DNA from: a virus
Lineage: Duplodnaviria > Heunggongvirae > Uroviricota > Caudoviricetes
IMG/VR virus record: IMGVR_UViG_3300046694_000587
Length of the DNA stretch: 64,000 nucleotides
Strand: one strand, 5' to 3'
Position numbers and translations under genes: made by a program. The notes beneath the pieces are model-generated. The model was not told where the DNA came from. It saw only the letters and a list, made by a program, of their open reading frames with translations, and made no database searches. How positions within the stretch are numbered: position 1 is the stretch's first letter; each line of letters starts with the position of its first letter. Shown here piece by piece: positions 17,455 to 27,629 of the stretch.

Positions 17455-18192
17455 ATGGCCTACGCTTCTCAACCGCGCCCGCTCCAGTTCTGGACTCGCC
17501 TTCACGCTCGTATGGAGAGCGATTACCAGGCTCAGCGCAGCCGGCTGGCGGAGGCATTGAAGCCGACGTCGGTCACCATCGACACGGCTGACATGATGCT
17601 CAAGCGCTCCGTGCAGACTCGCCTGGAAGTGTTTTCCTTGCTCAAGGAACTCGAGAACATGCAGCTCGTTTTCATGATTCTGTCGAGTCAGGTGCGCGCG
17701 GCGACGAACCGGGCGGGGATTCCCGACGTTGAATCGCACATCAACTGCTTGCGCAACATGGCCACGCTGTTTGAGTCAGCGCTGACAGGTGCGCCGCGCC
17801 GCGGGCCCCTCGAGCAGGAGCTGTCTAACGCTGTGACCCAGTACGCAGGGCTTCGTACGGCGGGCTCCGGTGACCTGGTGCACTCCGAGCGTCAGCGTCT
17901 GCGAGCGTTCACCGTGCAGTTGCCGGTTGTAGGCGCCGAAGACACCGTCGAGCACGAGCGCGCGCTGCGGTCGCTGCACGCAAACATCGACCAGCTGGAG
18001 GCCGAACTGCAGAACCTGCAGGTTGCTACAATGCTGAGCCTGCGCCTGCCCGACGACCTGGCACCGCTCGTCGCGAACTTTGGTGTCTCGATGGACCCCG
18101 AACCCGAATCGGCCGCGCTGCCACCGGCCGACGCTTCAGCGGCAGCCCTGGAAGCGCCGCAAGCACCCGACGCGACGTCTGAAACTGCGTGA
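17455..18192 (+). CDS. hypothetical protein (245 aa)
   Basis: RBS AAGGA; CTATAC at 17379 in a divergent promoter region. Confidence 0.4.
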   Translation: MAYASQPRPLQFWTRLHARMESDYQAQRSRLAEALKPTSVTIDTADMMLKRSVQTRLEVFSLLKELENMQLVFMILSSQVRAATNRAGIPDVESHINCLRNMATLFESALTGAPRRGPLEQELSNAVTQYAGLRTAGSGDLVHSERQRLRAFTVQLPVVGAEDTVEHERALRSLHANIDQLEAELQNLQVATMLSLRLPDDLAPLVANFGVSMDPEPESAALPPADASAAALEAPQAPDATSETA

Positions 18193-18235
18193 CCATATAC
18201 CTGTTTCTCGCTATAATACGAGTACAGGAGCCGCA

Positions 18236-18742
18236 GTGAAGAAGAACGTATCTTTCGAACAAGCCGTCAAACTCGGCTGGATGAAGGCTGAAGATGTGCC
18301 TAAAACGGCACGGCCTTCGCGCGCCCGGAAGAACGAGATTGAAGGCGAAGAACAGGCGCAACTCATTGAACGGTTTCGCGCCGAGCGTCCTGATGTCGGC
18401 GAGCTCCTCATTCATATCCCCAACGGCGGCTCACGCAAGAATGCCTTTGAAGGCTGGCGCCTTAAAAATCAGGGCGTCCGTGCGGGGGTAAGCGACCTGC
18501 TGCTGCCCGTCGCGCGCGGCGGCTTCTTCGGCCTCTGGATTGAATTCAAGGCCGCGCCGCCCAACGACGCGGCCGTCTCCGACTCCCAGGAGAAGTGGAT
18601 TGTCCTGATGCGCGCGCAGGGCTATTCAGCCCACATTTGCCTGGGTGTTGAGGCCGCCATGCAGGTGCTTATCGCTTACCTCGCGTTGCCGCCGACGCGA
18701 GTGGTCCGTTCTCGCAAAAAGCCCGCAGAAGCAGTCGCTTGA
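18236..18742 (+). CDS. VRR-NUC domain nuclease (PD-(D/E)xK)
   Basis: GVSDLLLPVARGGFFGLWIEFKA D..E.K core; GTG start after RBS AGGAG; GCTATAAT -10-like element upstream. Confidence 0.55.
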   Translation: MKKNVSFEQAVKLGWMKAEDVPKTARPSRARKNEIEGEEQAQLIERFRAERPDVGELLIHIPNGGSRKNAFEGWRLKNQGVRAGVSDLLLPVARGGFFGLWIEFKAAPPNDAAVSDSQEKWIVLMRAQGYSAHICLGVEAAMQVLIAYLALPPTRVVRSRKKPAEAVA

Positions 18743-18811
18743 CGCTGTCGACGGTATCGCTGTGTTGCATTGTGTGCTATAATGTAAGCTATATTTCAGC
18801 GAGAGCAGACG

Positions 18812-19024
18812 ATGAAGTCACCGCGAATTCCTGCCGAAATCGAAAGCAGATTGATTGATGTAGGCATTGACCCTCGGACGGCGGACACGGCCCGCGTGGT
18901 TGAGGAGTGCCGGTATGTCGCGAGCATGCTCCGCGAAGGCGGGAGCAACTACGACGATAGTCCGGCCGCCGAACGTCGCGCATTGCTTCGCGCCTGCGAG
19001 AAATACACCAAGGCCAACACCTGA
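18812..19024 (+). CDS. hypothetical protein (70 aa)
   Basis: extended -10 TGTGCTATAAT upstream. Confidence 0.35.
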   Translation: MKSPRIPAEIESRLIDVGIDPRTADTARVVEECRYVASMLREGGSNYDDSPAAERRALLRACEKYTKANT

Positions 19025-19046
19025 CACCACGGGTACGCACGCTCCC

Positions 19047-19967
19047 ATGATTGACTCCCTGACTTACAAGCAGCTCGACGATAACCTGATGCCGTGGGCG
19101 TCCGAACTCGAATATTTTAAGACTACGCCGGTGACCCAGTTCAAACCTGGGCTCAACATCCTGTTCGGGGGCAACGGCTCGGGTAAAAGCACCTTGCTGC
19201 AACTGCTGGCGACGTCGCTCGCTGCGGCGCAGGGCGGCACGTCGGTTGTGACATCAAGCTGGCTGCACGACCTCTTTGGCTTCGGCAACAAAGGGGCGTC
19301 GAAGCTGCCCTGTGACGTTGTGCACGACGGCCAGCCCGTCATGTTCTTCGACGCACGCGCAAAGGAAGGGCTTATCGGCGGCGGGTTCGACGACGATTTC
19401 TTCAACCTGGGCATCGCAAACACCATGGCCCGCGGCTCGACGGGCCAGCTCGGCCTGCAGCGAATCGACCGCATGCTCAAGGTGCTGACGTCGAAAGAGG
19501 ACGCCGCGCCGCCGCCAGCCGCAGAGCCTCAGGCCAATAGACGCAGTGGACGCTCGCTTAAGGACCTCGCGCGTCCCGGCGGCACCCAGGAGCTCGTGTC
19601 AACGGGATTCCCGACAAAGGTCGAGTGGCGTGTCAACCATGACTTTCTGGCAAAACACGAATCGGAACGTATCGCAGCGGTCGATGCTCTCCTGGCTGCC
19701 CGCTGTCCGGAAGGCCCGAAGACACTCATCTTCGACGAGCCAGAGTCCGGCTTCTCGATGCCGTGGCAGGTTGGGCTATGGCACAACGTCTTCAGCAAGG
19801 TCGACCCCGCCCGATTCCAGGTTATCGTGGCGACGCATAGCCCGTTTGCTATCGGGATTCCCGGGACGAACTACATCGAGATGAAACCCGGGTATCTGCG
19901 AGAATGTCTTAACGCAGCTCAGCGATTCGTTGACCGTCTTGTTCCCGGCCAGAAGGATATTGTCTGA
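19047..19967 (+). CDS. ABC-type/AAA_21-like ATPase
   Basis: Walker A GGNGSGKST, signature-like STGQLGL, Walker B/D-loop LIFDEPESGFS, H-loop ATHSP. Confidence 0.65.
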   Translation: MIDSLTYKQLDDNLMPWASELEYFKTTPVTQFKPGLNILFGGNGSGKSTLLQLLATSLAAAQGGTSVVTSSWLHDLFGFGNKGASKLPCDVVHDGQPVMFFDARAKEGLIGGGFDDDFFNLGIANTMARGSTGQLGLQRIDRMLKVLTSKEDAAPPPAAEPQANRRSGRSLKDLARPGGTQELVSTGFPTKVEWRVNHDFLAKHESERIAAVDALLAARCPEGPKTLIFDEPESGFSMPWQVGLWHNVFSKVDPARFQVIVATHSPFAIGIPGTNYIEMKPGYLRECLNAAQRFVDRLVPGQKDIV

Positions 19968-20812
19968 TGACAACGATTGCCCGTTTGCCTCACGACGCCG
20001 CCTCTGAAGCGGAGGTTCGCCAGTATTACGACACGCGCCATCGCCAGCTGCTTCACGAAGGCTACCATTGGAACGGTGAGCTCGATTGGGTGCCGGGCCT
20101 TGAAGGTGATGTCTACATGGTGGAGTTCGTAAAAAACGACACCGAAACCCAGGTGTCGTACTTTGCGTTGCCGCACGCCCGCGGTAAGGGGCATCTTCGC
20201 ACGCTTGCCGCGCGGGGCCGCCCCATCTTCACGCTCGAGGACTGCAATATCGAGAAAGCGCTTCAGCACGTCCAGGCCGATTATCAGCTGGTCGGCCGGA
20301 TAACCGAGACGGTCGAGTACCGGCTGATTCAGGAGGAATACGGCGACAAGCGCGCACAGCGCAGTCAGGTGTTCCTCATGAACCACATCGACGAGGGCCT
20401 CGCTGTTATGGCCGCCGTGGGCGCTTCCAAGCGGGCCATGCGCGCATTCTGCCTTCATCCGTTGCTGCAGAACGACGAAGACCTCGAGCGGAACTTCGGC
20501 TGGGTATCGACCACAATGCACGACCAACCCGGCGGCGCCGCGGTGATGGCGCTCGCCATGGAGTACCGCTCGGTCGCAAACGAGTACCTGTCTCATTGCA
20601 CGATGCGGGCGGGCAGCATCCGGCTCAGTCCGCTGAAAGATGTCAATGACATGCTCATCGGCGACAAGGTACAGAACCGCAAGGACTTCGAGCGGTATCA
20701 CGCCGAGGCCCACGACAATCGCGCTCGCCTGGCCGAATATTTCAGCCAGTGGTGCGAAGCGCTGGGCGTCGCGGAACGATACGAACAACTCAAAGCAATC
20801 CTGCCTGCCTAA
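19967..20812 (+). CDS. hypothetical partner protein of the ATPase (281 aa)
   Basis: ATGA overlap with the ATPase stop at 19964-19970. Confidence 0.45.
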   Translation: MTTIARLPHDAASEAEVRQYYDTRHRQLLHEGYHWNGELDWVPGLEGDVYMVEFVKNDTETQVSYFALPHARGKGHLRTLAARGRPIFTLEDCNIEKALQHVQADYQLVGRITETVEYRLIQEEYGDKRAQRSQVFLMNHIDEGLAVMAAVGASKRAMRAFCLHPLLQNDEDLERNFGWVSTTMHDQPGGAAVMALAMEYRSVANEYLSHCTMRAGSIRLSPLKDVNDMLIGDKVQNRKDFERYHAEAHDNRARLAEYFSQWCEALGVAERYEQLKAILPA

Positions 20813-20832
20813 GCCATACGCGCGAGACCCGA

Positions 20833-21228
20833 ATGACGCATCCGTATCAGAACCTCGAGCAGTTCGCAAAAGACCATCCGCCGCACGATTTCGGCGAAGG
20901 AAGCTGGCGCGAACGTGCATCGCACGAGTTGTTCATACGCCCGGGCACGCGTGTGCGCCTTACCATCGACGAGCCGGCCGAACTTGGGTTTGGCCTTGCT
21001 CGGCACGAGGTGTTGGCGGAGGCGGGTATTTATTCTGCGGAGGTCGATTCCAGGGCTTTCGCGGAACGGTTGAACGCGACGCTCGGCCAACAGCTTTCCA
21101 TCCGCAACCTCGACCACCTCATTGAGGTGTTCACGCGCGCACGGGACGAAGCGGAAGCATTGCGCCAGGACTCCATTCGTCGGAGCCAGCCGGCGCCCGG
21201 CCCGGATGAATCCCGACCTGCTCAGTAA
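20833..21228 (+). CDS. hypothetical protein (131 aa)
   Basis: internal start MTHPYQ after the preceding stop. Confidence 0.35.
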   Translation: MTHPYQNLEQFAKDHPPHDFGEGSWRERASHELFIRPGTRVRLTIDEPAELGFGLARHEVLAEAGIYSAEVDSRAFAERLNATLGQQLSIRNLDHLIEVFTRARDEAEALRQDSIRRSQPAPGPDESRPAQ

Positions 21229-21315
21229 CGTCTAAGTTCACCTGAAGGCTTTCGCCAGTGTGTTGCAGCTATACGGAAGCGCAATATCCGTTCAACTACG
21301 TAGAGGACACACATC

Positions 21316-21798
21316 ATGGCAAAAACCGTAAACGTTACTTATCTGGGCATGGAGGGTGAGGGCCCGAGCGTTGCGATGGCGAAGAAAAACGCCAAGGAGC
21401 GCATCGAGACCGCACTTGCTGGCGAGTGGGACCCGTACGTCATCGTGCACCAGGGTCTCGTTGCGTTCATCGCGCGCAAGCCAGTCGCGACCGAATGGCA
21501 GTGGGGCTTCAAGGTGGTCAACGCTGCCGGGAAAGAGCCGCTCTATAACCAGGGGTTCGACCTGAACTACACGGACCGGCCGGCGGCCATCCGTGCGGCG
21601 GCGTATTCGCTGGCGCAACAGTCGGGCACCTACGAAGGGCTCAAGCCGTTCCTGCTGGACACACAGTTCTACGAGCTTGACTGGTACTTTGACTGGCAGG
21701 CGGCCTATCGCCTGGCGAAAGTGTCCGGCAAGCCCGACCACGACGCCCGGCGCGAAGCCGACGAGCTCATGAACAAACGCTCGAAGGTGGCAGCATGA
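21316..21798 (+). CDS. hypothetical protein (160 aa)
   Basis: CTATAC at 21269 upstream. Confidence 0.45.
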   Translation: MAKTVNVTYLGMEGEGPSVAMAKKNAKERIETALAGEWDPYVIVHQGLVAFIARKPVATEWQWGFKVVNAAGKEPLYNQGFDLNYTDRPAAIRAAAYSLAQQSGTYEGLKPFLLDTQFYELDWYFDWQAAYRLAKVSGKPDHDARREADELMNKRSKVAA

Positions 21799-22058
21799 GC
21801 ACGGCCGTCAGAAAGGAAGAGGCACTGCCCGTCCTGTCGTATCACACCGGCTCGGGTTGGTCGACGCTGGGCTTCGCAACTTCACCGGAGGGTGCTCGCA
21901 CGGTCGCAAGTCGATTCATTGGCGACGCAGCGCAAAGCCTGGTGAAAATGTATGGCTTCAATGTCACGGTTGCGCGTCGCACCGCTCTGCAGCGCGAGCT
22001 GAATGGCGGCCCCGACGGCTACATCTTCAGTGTGGGCAAGGTGGTTCGCCATGGGTGA
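21795..22058 (+). CDS. hypothetical protein (87 aa)
   Basis: ATGA-coupled. Confidence 0.35.
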   Translation: MSTAVRKEEALPVLSYHTGSGWSTLGFATSPEGARTVASRFIGDAAQSLVKMYGFNVTVARRTALQRELNGGPDGYIFSVGKVVRHG

Positions 22059-22305
22059 GCCGCTCAACCTTCTGGAGGTCGACCTGAGCCAGTACACGCG
22101 CAAGCGCGTGATGGTTACCACACGGCTGCCCAAGGACAACGCGCCAGGTTCGCCGACGTGGCCGTGGGTCGTACTCGAAGCTGAGGACGGCTCTGGCGTG
22201 GCAATCGCGCTCATGGGCCCAGACACTCCGGCCACCCGAGCAGACGCGGCGCGGATGATGCAACTCTGGAACGATTCGTTACCCGCGGCCGAAACGAACG
22301 ATTGA
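22051..22305 (+). CDS. hypothetical protein (84 aa)
   Basis: overlaps the previous stop; terminator 22330-22363 downstream. Confidence 0.35.
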   Translation: MGEPLNLLEVDLSQYTRKRVMVTTRLPKDNAPGSPTWPWVVLEAEDGSGVAIALMGPDTPATRADAARMMQLWNDSLPAAETND

Positions 22306-22329
22306 CCGTTGGCCAAGCATTACCTTCTC

Positions 22330-22363
22330 AAAGCAGCCCTGCATCCGGGGGCTGCTTTTTTTG
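22330..22363 (+). terminator. rho-independent terminator
   Basis: AAGCAGCCC-tgcatcc-GGGGGCTGCTTTTTTT; a second, minus-oriented hairpin (AACGCCCCT...AGGGGCGT) follows at ~22420-22450. Confidence 0.55.
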
Positions 22364-22459
22364 CGCCCGCAGCCGGGGGGAGCTCCCGAGCTGGAGTGTC
22401 TCATCGCCCCGTTAAAAAAAGAACGCCCCTACTCGAAAGCAGGGGCGTGAGGTTGACGG

Positions 22460-22687
22460 TTAAACCGATGTGGCTTGCGGCCAGCAGGGAAGATTGTCCA
22501 GGCGGCGAAGGTCGGAGTCACCCGGCCCGAAGTCGTAGAACAGTGGCGCGCGCGCAACTGCTCCGGCGTTCACTCGCGTCTGCATCTCGTCGCAGGCCGC
22601 GGCAAGCGTTCGACGATACGACGTCCAGCAGAGATGCGTATGCGTTCCGCGCGGTGCGTCATTGTGGATGGCGAAAAAGCGAATCAT
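22460..22687 (-). CDS. hypothetical protein (75 aa)
   Basis: ATGA-coupled to 22684..22968. Confidence 0.3.
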   Translation of the reverse strand: MIRFFAIHNDAPRGTHTHLCWTSYRRTLAAACDEMQTRVNAGAVARAPLFYDFGPGDSDLRRLDNLPCWPQATSV

Positions 22688-22968
22688 GCCTGCACCTGAT
22701 ACGGGTTGATGTAGCTGGCGTATTTGGTTCGACGCAGTGACTCGCGCGGGAAGAAATCCAATCCCCAGCCGGTCAACTTGTAGCCTTTCTTGAAGGCCCC
22801 GGTGTCTTTCGTCACGGTCGCGCAGACATTCTGGTTGCTGCTCGGGCGCAGATTCGTCGGATGCTCGCTCGAAATCGAGTCGATTTTGCAGGGAATCGCG
22901 CCCACGATTGAATCGTAGTAGGCAGTCGAACCTTGCTTGAGCACAGGCAAAATATTCATGGTCGTCAT
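22684..22968 (-). CDS. hypothetical protein (94 aa)
   Basis: gtatag at 23015 upstream. Confidence 0.35.
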   Translation of the reverse strand: MTTMNILPVLKQGSTAYYDSIVGAIPCKIDSISSEHPTNLRPSSNQNVCATVTKDTGAFKKGYKLTGWGLDFFPRESLRRTKYASYINPYQVQA

Positions 22969-23098
22969 GGTGTCCTCCTAACAGATATGTCCAATGAACG
23001 AAGTGTTCATTGACGTATAGCCCGGACGACGGTATGCACGCGGGCGCGAAAAAGCCCCGAACGAATCGGGGCGGAGTATTGCTGCTGAGCGACCTGGT

Positions 23099-23554
23099 CT
23101 ATTCCGGCCAGATACCGGCCATCACGTCGCCTACGACAAACTGAGGGGTCTGCGATTCGAACCAGCGCCAGATGTCTTCGCGCGGCGTTCCCGCCGCGAA
23201 ATCGAAGAACTGCACACCAATCGAGTCGGATTCACCGGAGACAGGGATGTCTCCGAGCGCTTCCCACAGGACCTTAAGCTCGAGCATCGTTCGTGCGCGC
23301 GTCGCGGGCTGGTCCTTGCGACGCACGACAACGTACTTGCTGCCGTTGGCCACTTCGAAGAACCCGTCTGCATTCCCAGGCGCGGCGTCGATAAACTCCA
23401 ACGGAATACCGAGTGTCTTTCCGTAGAGGCGTCCATCAGATGCCGTGCTCGTGATTGCGCGCGATACTGCGTCTCGCGGGTCCACGGCCTGCACTTCGCC
23501 CGTTACGCGAACGCCGAAGCCAATGAGCGTCCAAAACCATGTTGCCTTTGCCAT
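23099..23554 (-). CDS. hypothetical protein (151 aa)
   Basis: gtatag at 23592 upstream; minus-strand terminator at ~23040-23075. Confidence 0.45.
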   Translation of the reverse strand: MAKATWFWTLIGFGVRVTGEVQAVDPRDAVSRAITSTASDGRLYGKTLGIPLEFIDAAPGNADGFFEVANGSKYVVVRRKDQPATRARTMLELKVLWEALGDIPVSGESDSIGVQFFDFAAGTPREDIWRWFESQTPQFVVGDVMAGIWPE

Positions 23555-23699
23555 TTTTCTCTCCTCGAGTATTGAATCGACCTGCTTGTCCGTATAGCCA
23601 ACCGGTCGGTGGGCTCAGCGGTCCTGCGCCACATACAAAAACACCCCGCGCATAGGCAGGGTGTTTCTTCGAGGGGAAGGCGCCAGGCCGCGCCCGCGC

Positions 23700-24239
23700 T
23701 TACTTCGCCTGAACGACCGACGTGCTCTGGTTGACCATGAAGCCCAGCGGCGTCTTGTCCTTCACGAACTTGACGAGCGCGCCCTGGCCCGAGCTTTGGG
23801 TTTCAGCCTCGATGGTGGTGTTCTTTTCGACCTTGAGCCCCGTCACGAGGCTCGATGCGACGTCCATGTCGATGGTCGCCTTGCCCGACTCGCTCTTGAG
23901 CGACATGCGCGACACCGCGCCCTTCGCGGTCACTTGCGTGACCTTCCACTTCGGGTGGGCCTGTGCTGCGTCGAACAGTTGCTGGAAGCTCGGGTCAATG
24001 GCCTTTTCCCCATTGAGCGACAGCAGGAGCGGGGCGCCCGCAACCGTCGACGCTCCCGAGACGTTCACAGTCGGGCTTGCGGTCACAGCAGCCGGAGCTG
24101 CGGCCGCGGCCGGCGCCGACGCCACCACCGCGTGCGCGGCCGACGCATTGATAGCTGCCACCGGTTTTGCGGGTTGTTCAGCCGCGTGTGCGCCGATAAC
24201 GGCAGTCATGAGCGCGAGCGTGAGGATGGTTTTCTTCAT
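23700..24239 (-). CDS. secreted hypothetical protein
   Basis: signal peptide MKKTILTLALMTAVIGAHA; Ala-rich linker. Confidence 0.45.
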   Translation of the reverse strand: MKKTILTLALMTAVIGAHAAEQPAKPVAAINASAAHAVVASAPAAAAAPAAVTASPTVNVSGASTVAGAPLLLSLNGEKAIDPSFQQLFDAAQAHPKWKVTQVTAKGAVSRMSLKSESGKATIDMDVASSLVTGLKVEKNTTIEAETQSSGQGALVKFVKDKTPLGFMVNQSTSVVQAK

Positions 24240-24288
24240 GGTTCTGGTTTCTTCTTTCAGGGTGGAGAGATGCTGGAGCCAAGTCGGC

Positions 24289-25083
24289 TTAGACTTCGAC
24301 CACGAGCGTCGGCTTGAACTGTTGGTTCTCGAACTTCGTGTTCGCGTTCCAGCGCTGATGCGGATACCCACGCGGATTGGCGATGACACGGCAACGGCCC
24401 AGCGTGAAGTCCGACCCGTTATGCATGTGCCCATGGCTCCAAACGTCGACGTGCTTCGCTGCGAACGCTTCGAGATTCGAGGCAAAACCTGCGGTCACCG
24501 GGTCATCCTTGTAGATGGGCAGCGAGCTGTGCAGGCTGGGCGCATGGTGCGAGACGACCACGACCTTCTCGCCAGCTGCATTTGCCTTTGCGCACTCCGC
24601 GCGCAGCCACTCAATAGCCTGTTCGTGGATGGCTTTCGTATCCTGCCAGCGCAGCAGCTTGCCGTTCTTTCGGATATGACCGTAGTCGCTGAGCGCTTGC
24701 TGCGTGGCTTTCCCACAGTGCTCAATGCGAGCTTCGCCGAAAACGGCGAAATCCGTCCATAGCGTCACCGCCAGAATGCGCACCGGTTGTTCGCCGTCCT
24801 TGGTCAGGAGCAGGGAAGCGAAGTCCCCGAATATCAAACCCTTTTCAGCAGCCAGGGCTGATGCCTTCGCGGGCCACTCGGCCATGTCCTGGCCATAGAA
24901 CTCGTGATTGCCGGGCACGTACACGACCGGCACGCCCGCGTCGCCGAAATGGGTCGCGGCCCATTCGATGCCCCTCATGCCGGTGCCGATGTCGCCGGCC
25001 AGAAGAATCGCGTCGGCGTCCGCGACGGGCGGCGTGAAGTCGAAATGCTCGATATGCAGGTCCGAAAGAATGCGTAGTTTCAT
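24289..25083 (-). CDS. calcineurin-like metallophosphoesterase
   Basis: LSDLHIE, GDIG, GNHE, SHHAP, GHMH motifs. Confidence 0.75.
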   Translation of the reverse strand: MKLRILSDLHIEHFDFTPPVADADAILLAGDIGTGMRGIEWAATHFGDAGVPVVYVPGNHEFYGQDMAEWPAKASALAAEKGLIFGDFASLLLTKDGEQPVRILAVTLWTDFAVFGEARIEHCGKATQQALSDYGHIRKNGKLLRWQDTKAIHEQAIEWLRAECAKANAAGEKVVVVSHHAPSLHSSLPIYKDDPVTAGFASNLEAFAAKHVDVWSHGHMHNGSDFTLGRCRVIANPRGYPHQRWNANTKFENQQFKPTLVVEV

Positions 25084-25085
25084 GG

Positions 25086-25592
25086 TTATTGGTCGTGCTT
25101 TGAGGTTAATCCGTTGGTCAGGGGCTCAACTGCATTGCCTAGCTGGTCGACTGCCGAGCTCATGCCAGAGGGCAGAACAATCAGCTTGTCGTGTGCCGGC
25201 AGGCACAGACCGACACCTCTCTCGCCCTTGTAAATCTGAGCGGTCCAAACGCTCGAGCTGGCATTGAGCACCGTCGCAAGCGCCGAACGCTGTGGCTCCG
25301 GCAGCGAGAGCACGAGGGCTTCAACTTTTGTCGGCGCCACCATGCTGTCACTGCAACCTTCCGAGGGTAGCGATTCCAGGCCGAAACCCGTCGCTTTACT
25401 CGCGGCTGCAGCAGCAAGCTGCTTCGCACCATCAACCAGACCCGTCGACGCGGCGTCCTGCACCTGCTGGGTAACTTGCCCAGTTGCCTGTTTGGCCACC
25501 TGTTCCTGGCTGCCCTGTCCGGTGAACGAGGTCAGCAGGCTATACGCGCCGTACAGCGCAAGCGCAAAGATGATGAAGACGAATCGAAACAT
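25086..25592 (-). CDS. membrane-anchored hypothetical protein
   Basis: N-terminal TM FVFIIFALALYGAYSLL. Confidence 0.4.
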   Translation of the reverse strand: MFRFVFIIFALALYGAYSLLTSFTGQGSQEQVAKQATGQVTQQVQDAASTGLVDGAKQLAAAAASKATGFGLESLPSEGCSDSMVAPTKVEALVLSLPEPQRSALATVLNASSSVWTAQIYKGERGVGLCLPAHDKLIVLPSGMSSAVDQLGNAVEPLTNGLTSKHDQ

Positions 25593-25612
25593 GGCGCGCG
25601 GGTTCGAGAGTG

Positions 25613-26053
25613 TCAGTTACCCTTCGCCACATAGCGAAGGGCTCGAACGCTCGTGAGCAATTGAGTACGTTCAGCCAGTATAGATTTGGCTTCCCGAATC
25701 AATGTCGCTGTCGCACGGTAATGCTCTGTCTTGCGCTTGAGCGCCAGAATCGGGTCGCGGTCCTGCGCGTCCAGGTTCGTACCCATGAGCACGCCCGGCT
25801 TGTCTGTCGTGCCCGCTGTCCAGTTGTATTGCATCCAGCGGGGGTGCGGGCACCCCGTGCAGCGTGGGCCGCAGGGATACAGCTCCAGGCACACGGAGCC
25901 CGATGCCACCGGCTGGACCGCCTTGATTTCATTGTGAAGCTCGGAGAGCCTCGAGTTGAGCGCGTGCAGCCGGTCAAGAACCCGGTTGAACATGCTCTCC
26001 ACTCGCGTTTCCGCCGCAATAGCCGCTTCGCGGGCCTGGACAATATCCGTCAT
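25613..26053 (-). CDS. Cys-cluster hypothetical protein (putative Zn-binding)
   Basis: CLELYPCGPRCTGCPHPRW. Confidence 0.4.
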   Translation of the reverse strand: MTDIVQAREAAIAAETRVESMFNRVLDRLHALNSRLSELHNEIKAVQPVASGSVCLELYPCGPRCTGCPHPRWMQYNWTAGTTDKPGVLMGTNLDAQDRDPILALKRKTEHYRATATLIREAKSILAERTQLLTSVRALRYVAKGN

Positions 26054-26388
26054 TGATACACCGCGCTCGCGCGGTTGCCTTCCTGGTCGATGATTACATG
26101 GCTATAGTATACCATGTATTACGCCTTTTGTCGTTACCGCAGACGTGTTCGACCAATGTGCCTGACGGCGCGCTGACGATTTGGGTAAAGGCTCGCAGCG
26201 AGGAAGTGGCTGCTCTGACCGCATGGCGTGGATTTGATACTGGAATGGGCCGACTGGCCACATTTTACGCGCCCGGAGGACTCAGCCGTCTCGGGCGCCG
26301 GGTGAAGCTTGCAACAGGTCTGAACCGGCCGGGAGTGTACGCCGTGGGCCGCCCGAGTGCCTGAGCCTCGGGCAATTCTCGGGGCGCA

Positions 26389-27549
26389 TCAGTGCACGTG
26401 GTCGGTCTGTTGTGCCAGGCCTTTGAAGGCGACTTCCGGGCTCGGCAGCGCGAACTGGAAGTTACCGCAGTGCTGGCACGCAATCGTCTCGATGGGACGC
26501 TGGAAGTCCTGAATGCACTCCATGCCCATGTCCTTGAGGATGTGCGTGGCGAGCGCGACCTCCTCCTGACCATCCTCGCTTTCGAGCGGCAGCGAGAGCG
26601 TTCCCACGACATTCTTCGTCAGACGCGATACGAGCGACACGCCCACCATGAAAGTGCCATCGGTTTGGCGCATTGCATACGGCGCGACGAGTGCGGCCAG
26701 GCCGTTCGGCTCGATGCCCGAGTCGTTCGACACGCGCAGCATCACTTCACGCAGACGCACATCCATGCGCAGACGTGCACCGACGCGCAGCGAAAGCGAG
26801 AAAGGTTGCGGATATTGAGCAGCGTGAACTTCGAAATTGTCGTTCAGAACCGGCTTGAGCGTTTCGCTCACCCATTGCGTCAGGCGGTGAACCGTCTTGT
26901 TCGAACCCATCGGCAGCGTGGGCGGCAGGCCTTCCGGCGAGAATGCGACGAACGGCAGGAAGAACACGTTCACGCCCGGCTCGACCAACCCTGCAATTTC
27001 GGCGCCGTTGAAACTGACATGTTGGCGTTCGCCACGAACCACTTCGCGGGCTTCGTGCGGCAAACGGATGAGTTCGCCAAGGTCCGTATTGCGGACGGCT
27101 TCTTCGGAATAGAGCATGGGCAGAACATACGTCCAGCCGGTGCGCGCGTTGCCCGTTTGCTTCGAGGTCAGGCCCAGTTGTTGAAGCAGGGTGCCCGACA
27201 TTTTCATCGCGTTCAACGTTTGCGTCTCGAGTGCAAAAGCGTGCGCCAGTTGCTTATCGGTGCTCACCACGACCGGCAACATCCACAGGCCGAGCGTGCC
27301 ACCGTCTTGCAGCAGATGAAAGTTAACTGCACGGTCCATCACATTGCCAAGCTGACCTGCCAGGCCTTCCGGACAGGCGTTCAGTGCAGTCTGGAATTCT
27401 TCAGCAGACTGACCCGACAGAATCGCCTCTTGAATCGTAGCAGCTGCGGCCACGAGCGCGCTGGCGCAGTCCTGCTCGTTCTGTGCAGAAGCGAGTTGCT
27501 CCAGCGAAACAACCAAAGAGGAGGGGGTCAGTTCAACGTTCATCATCAT
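26389..27549 (-). CDS. hypothetical protein (386 aa)
   Basis: gtatag at 27614 upstream. Confidence 0.45.
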   Translation of the reverse strand: MMMNVELTPSSLVVSLEQLASAQNEQDCASALVAAAATIQEAILSGQSAEEFQTALNACPEGLAGQLGNVMDRAVNFHLLQDGGTLGLWMLPVVVSTDKQLAHAFALETQTLNAMKMSGTLLQQLGLTSKQTGNARTGWTYVLPMLYSEEAVRNTDLGELIRLPHEAREVVRGERQHVSFNGAEIAGLVEPGVNVFFLPFVAFSPEGLPPTLPMGSNKTVHRLTQWVSETLKPVLNDNFEVHAAQYPQPFSLSLRVGARLRMDVRLREVMLRVSNDSGIEPNGLAALVAPYAMRQTDGTFMVGVSLVSRLTKNVVGTLSLPLESEDGQEEVALATHILKDMGMECIQDFQRPIETIACQHCGNFQFALPSPEVAFKGLAQQTDHVH

Positions 27550-27629
27550 GGAATTCCTGTTATGTTAGCTGGTCTCGTCGCGGTATGTCTGTTGCACCAC
27601 CGATGAGAAGAAAGTATAGCGTGTGACGC

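Noticed and set aside
26098-26364. Possible plus-strand small gene or ncRNA between two minus-strand genes
   Set aside because: The CTATAC-containing palindromic motif here is best explained as the promoter of the minus gene 25613-26053. The plus ORF would start inside the motif and has no RBS.
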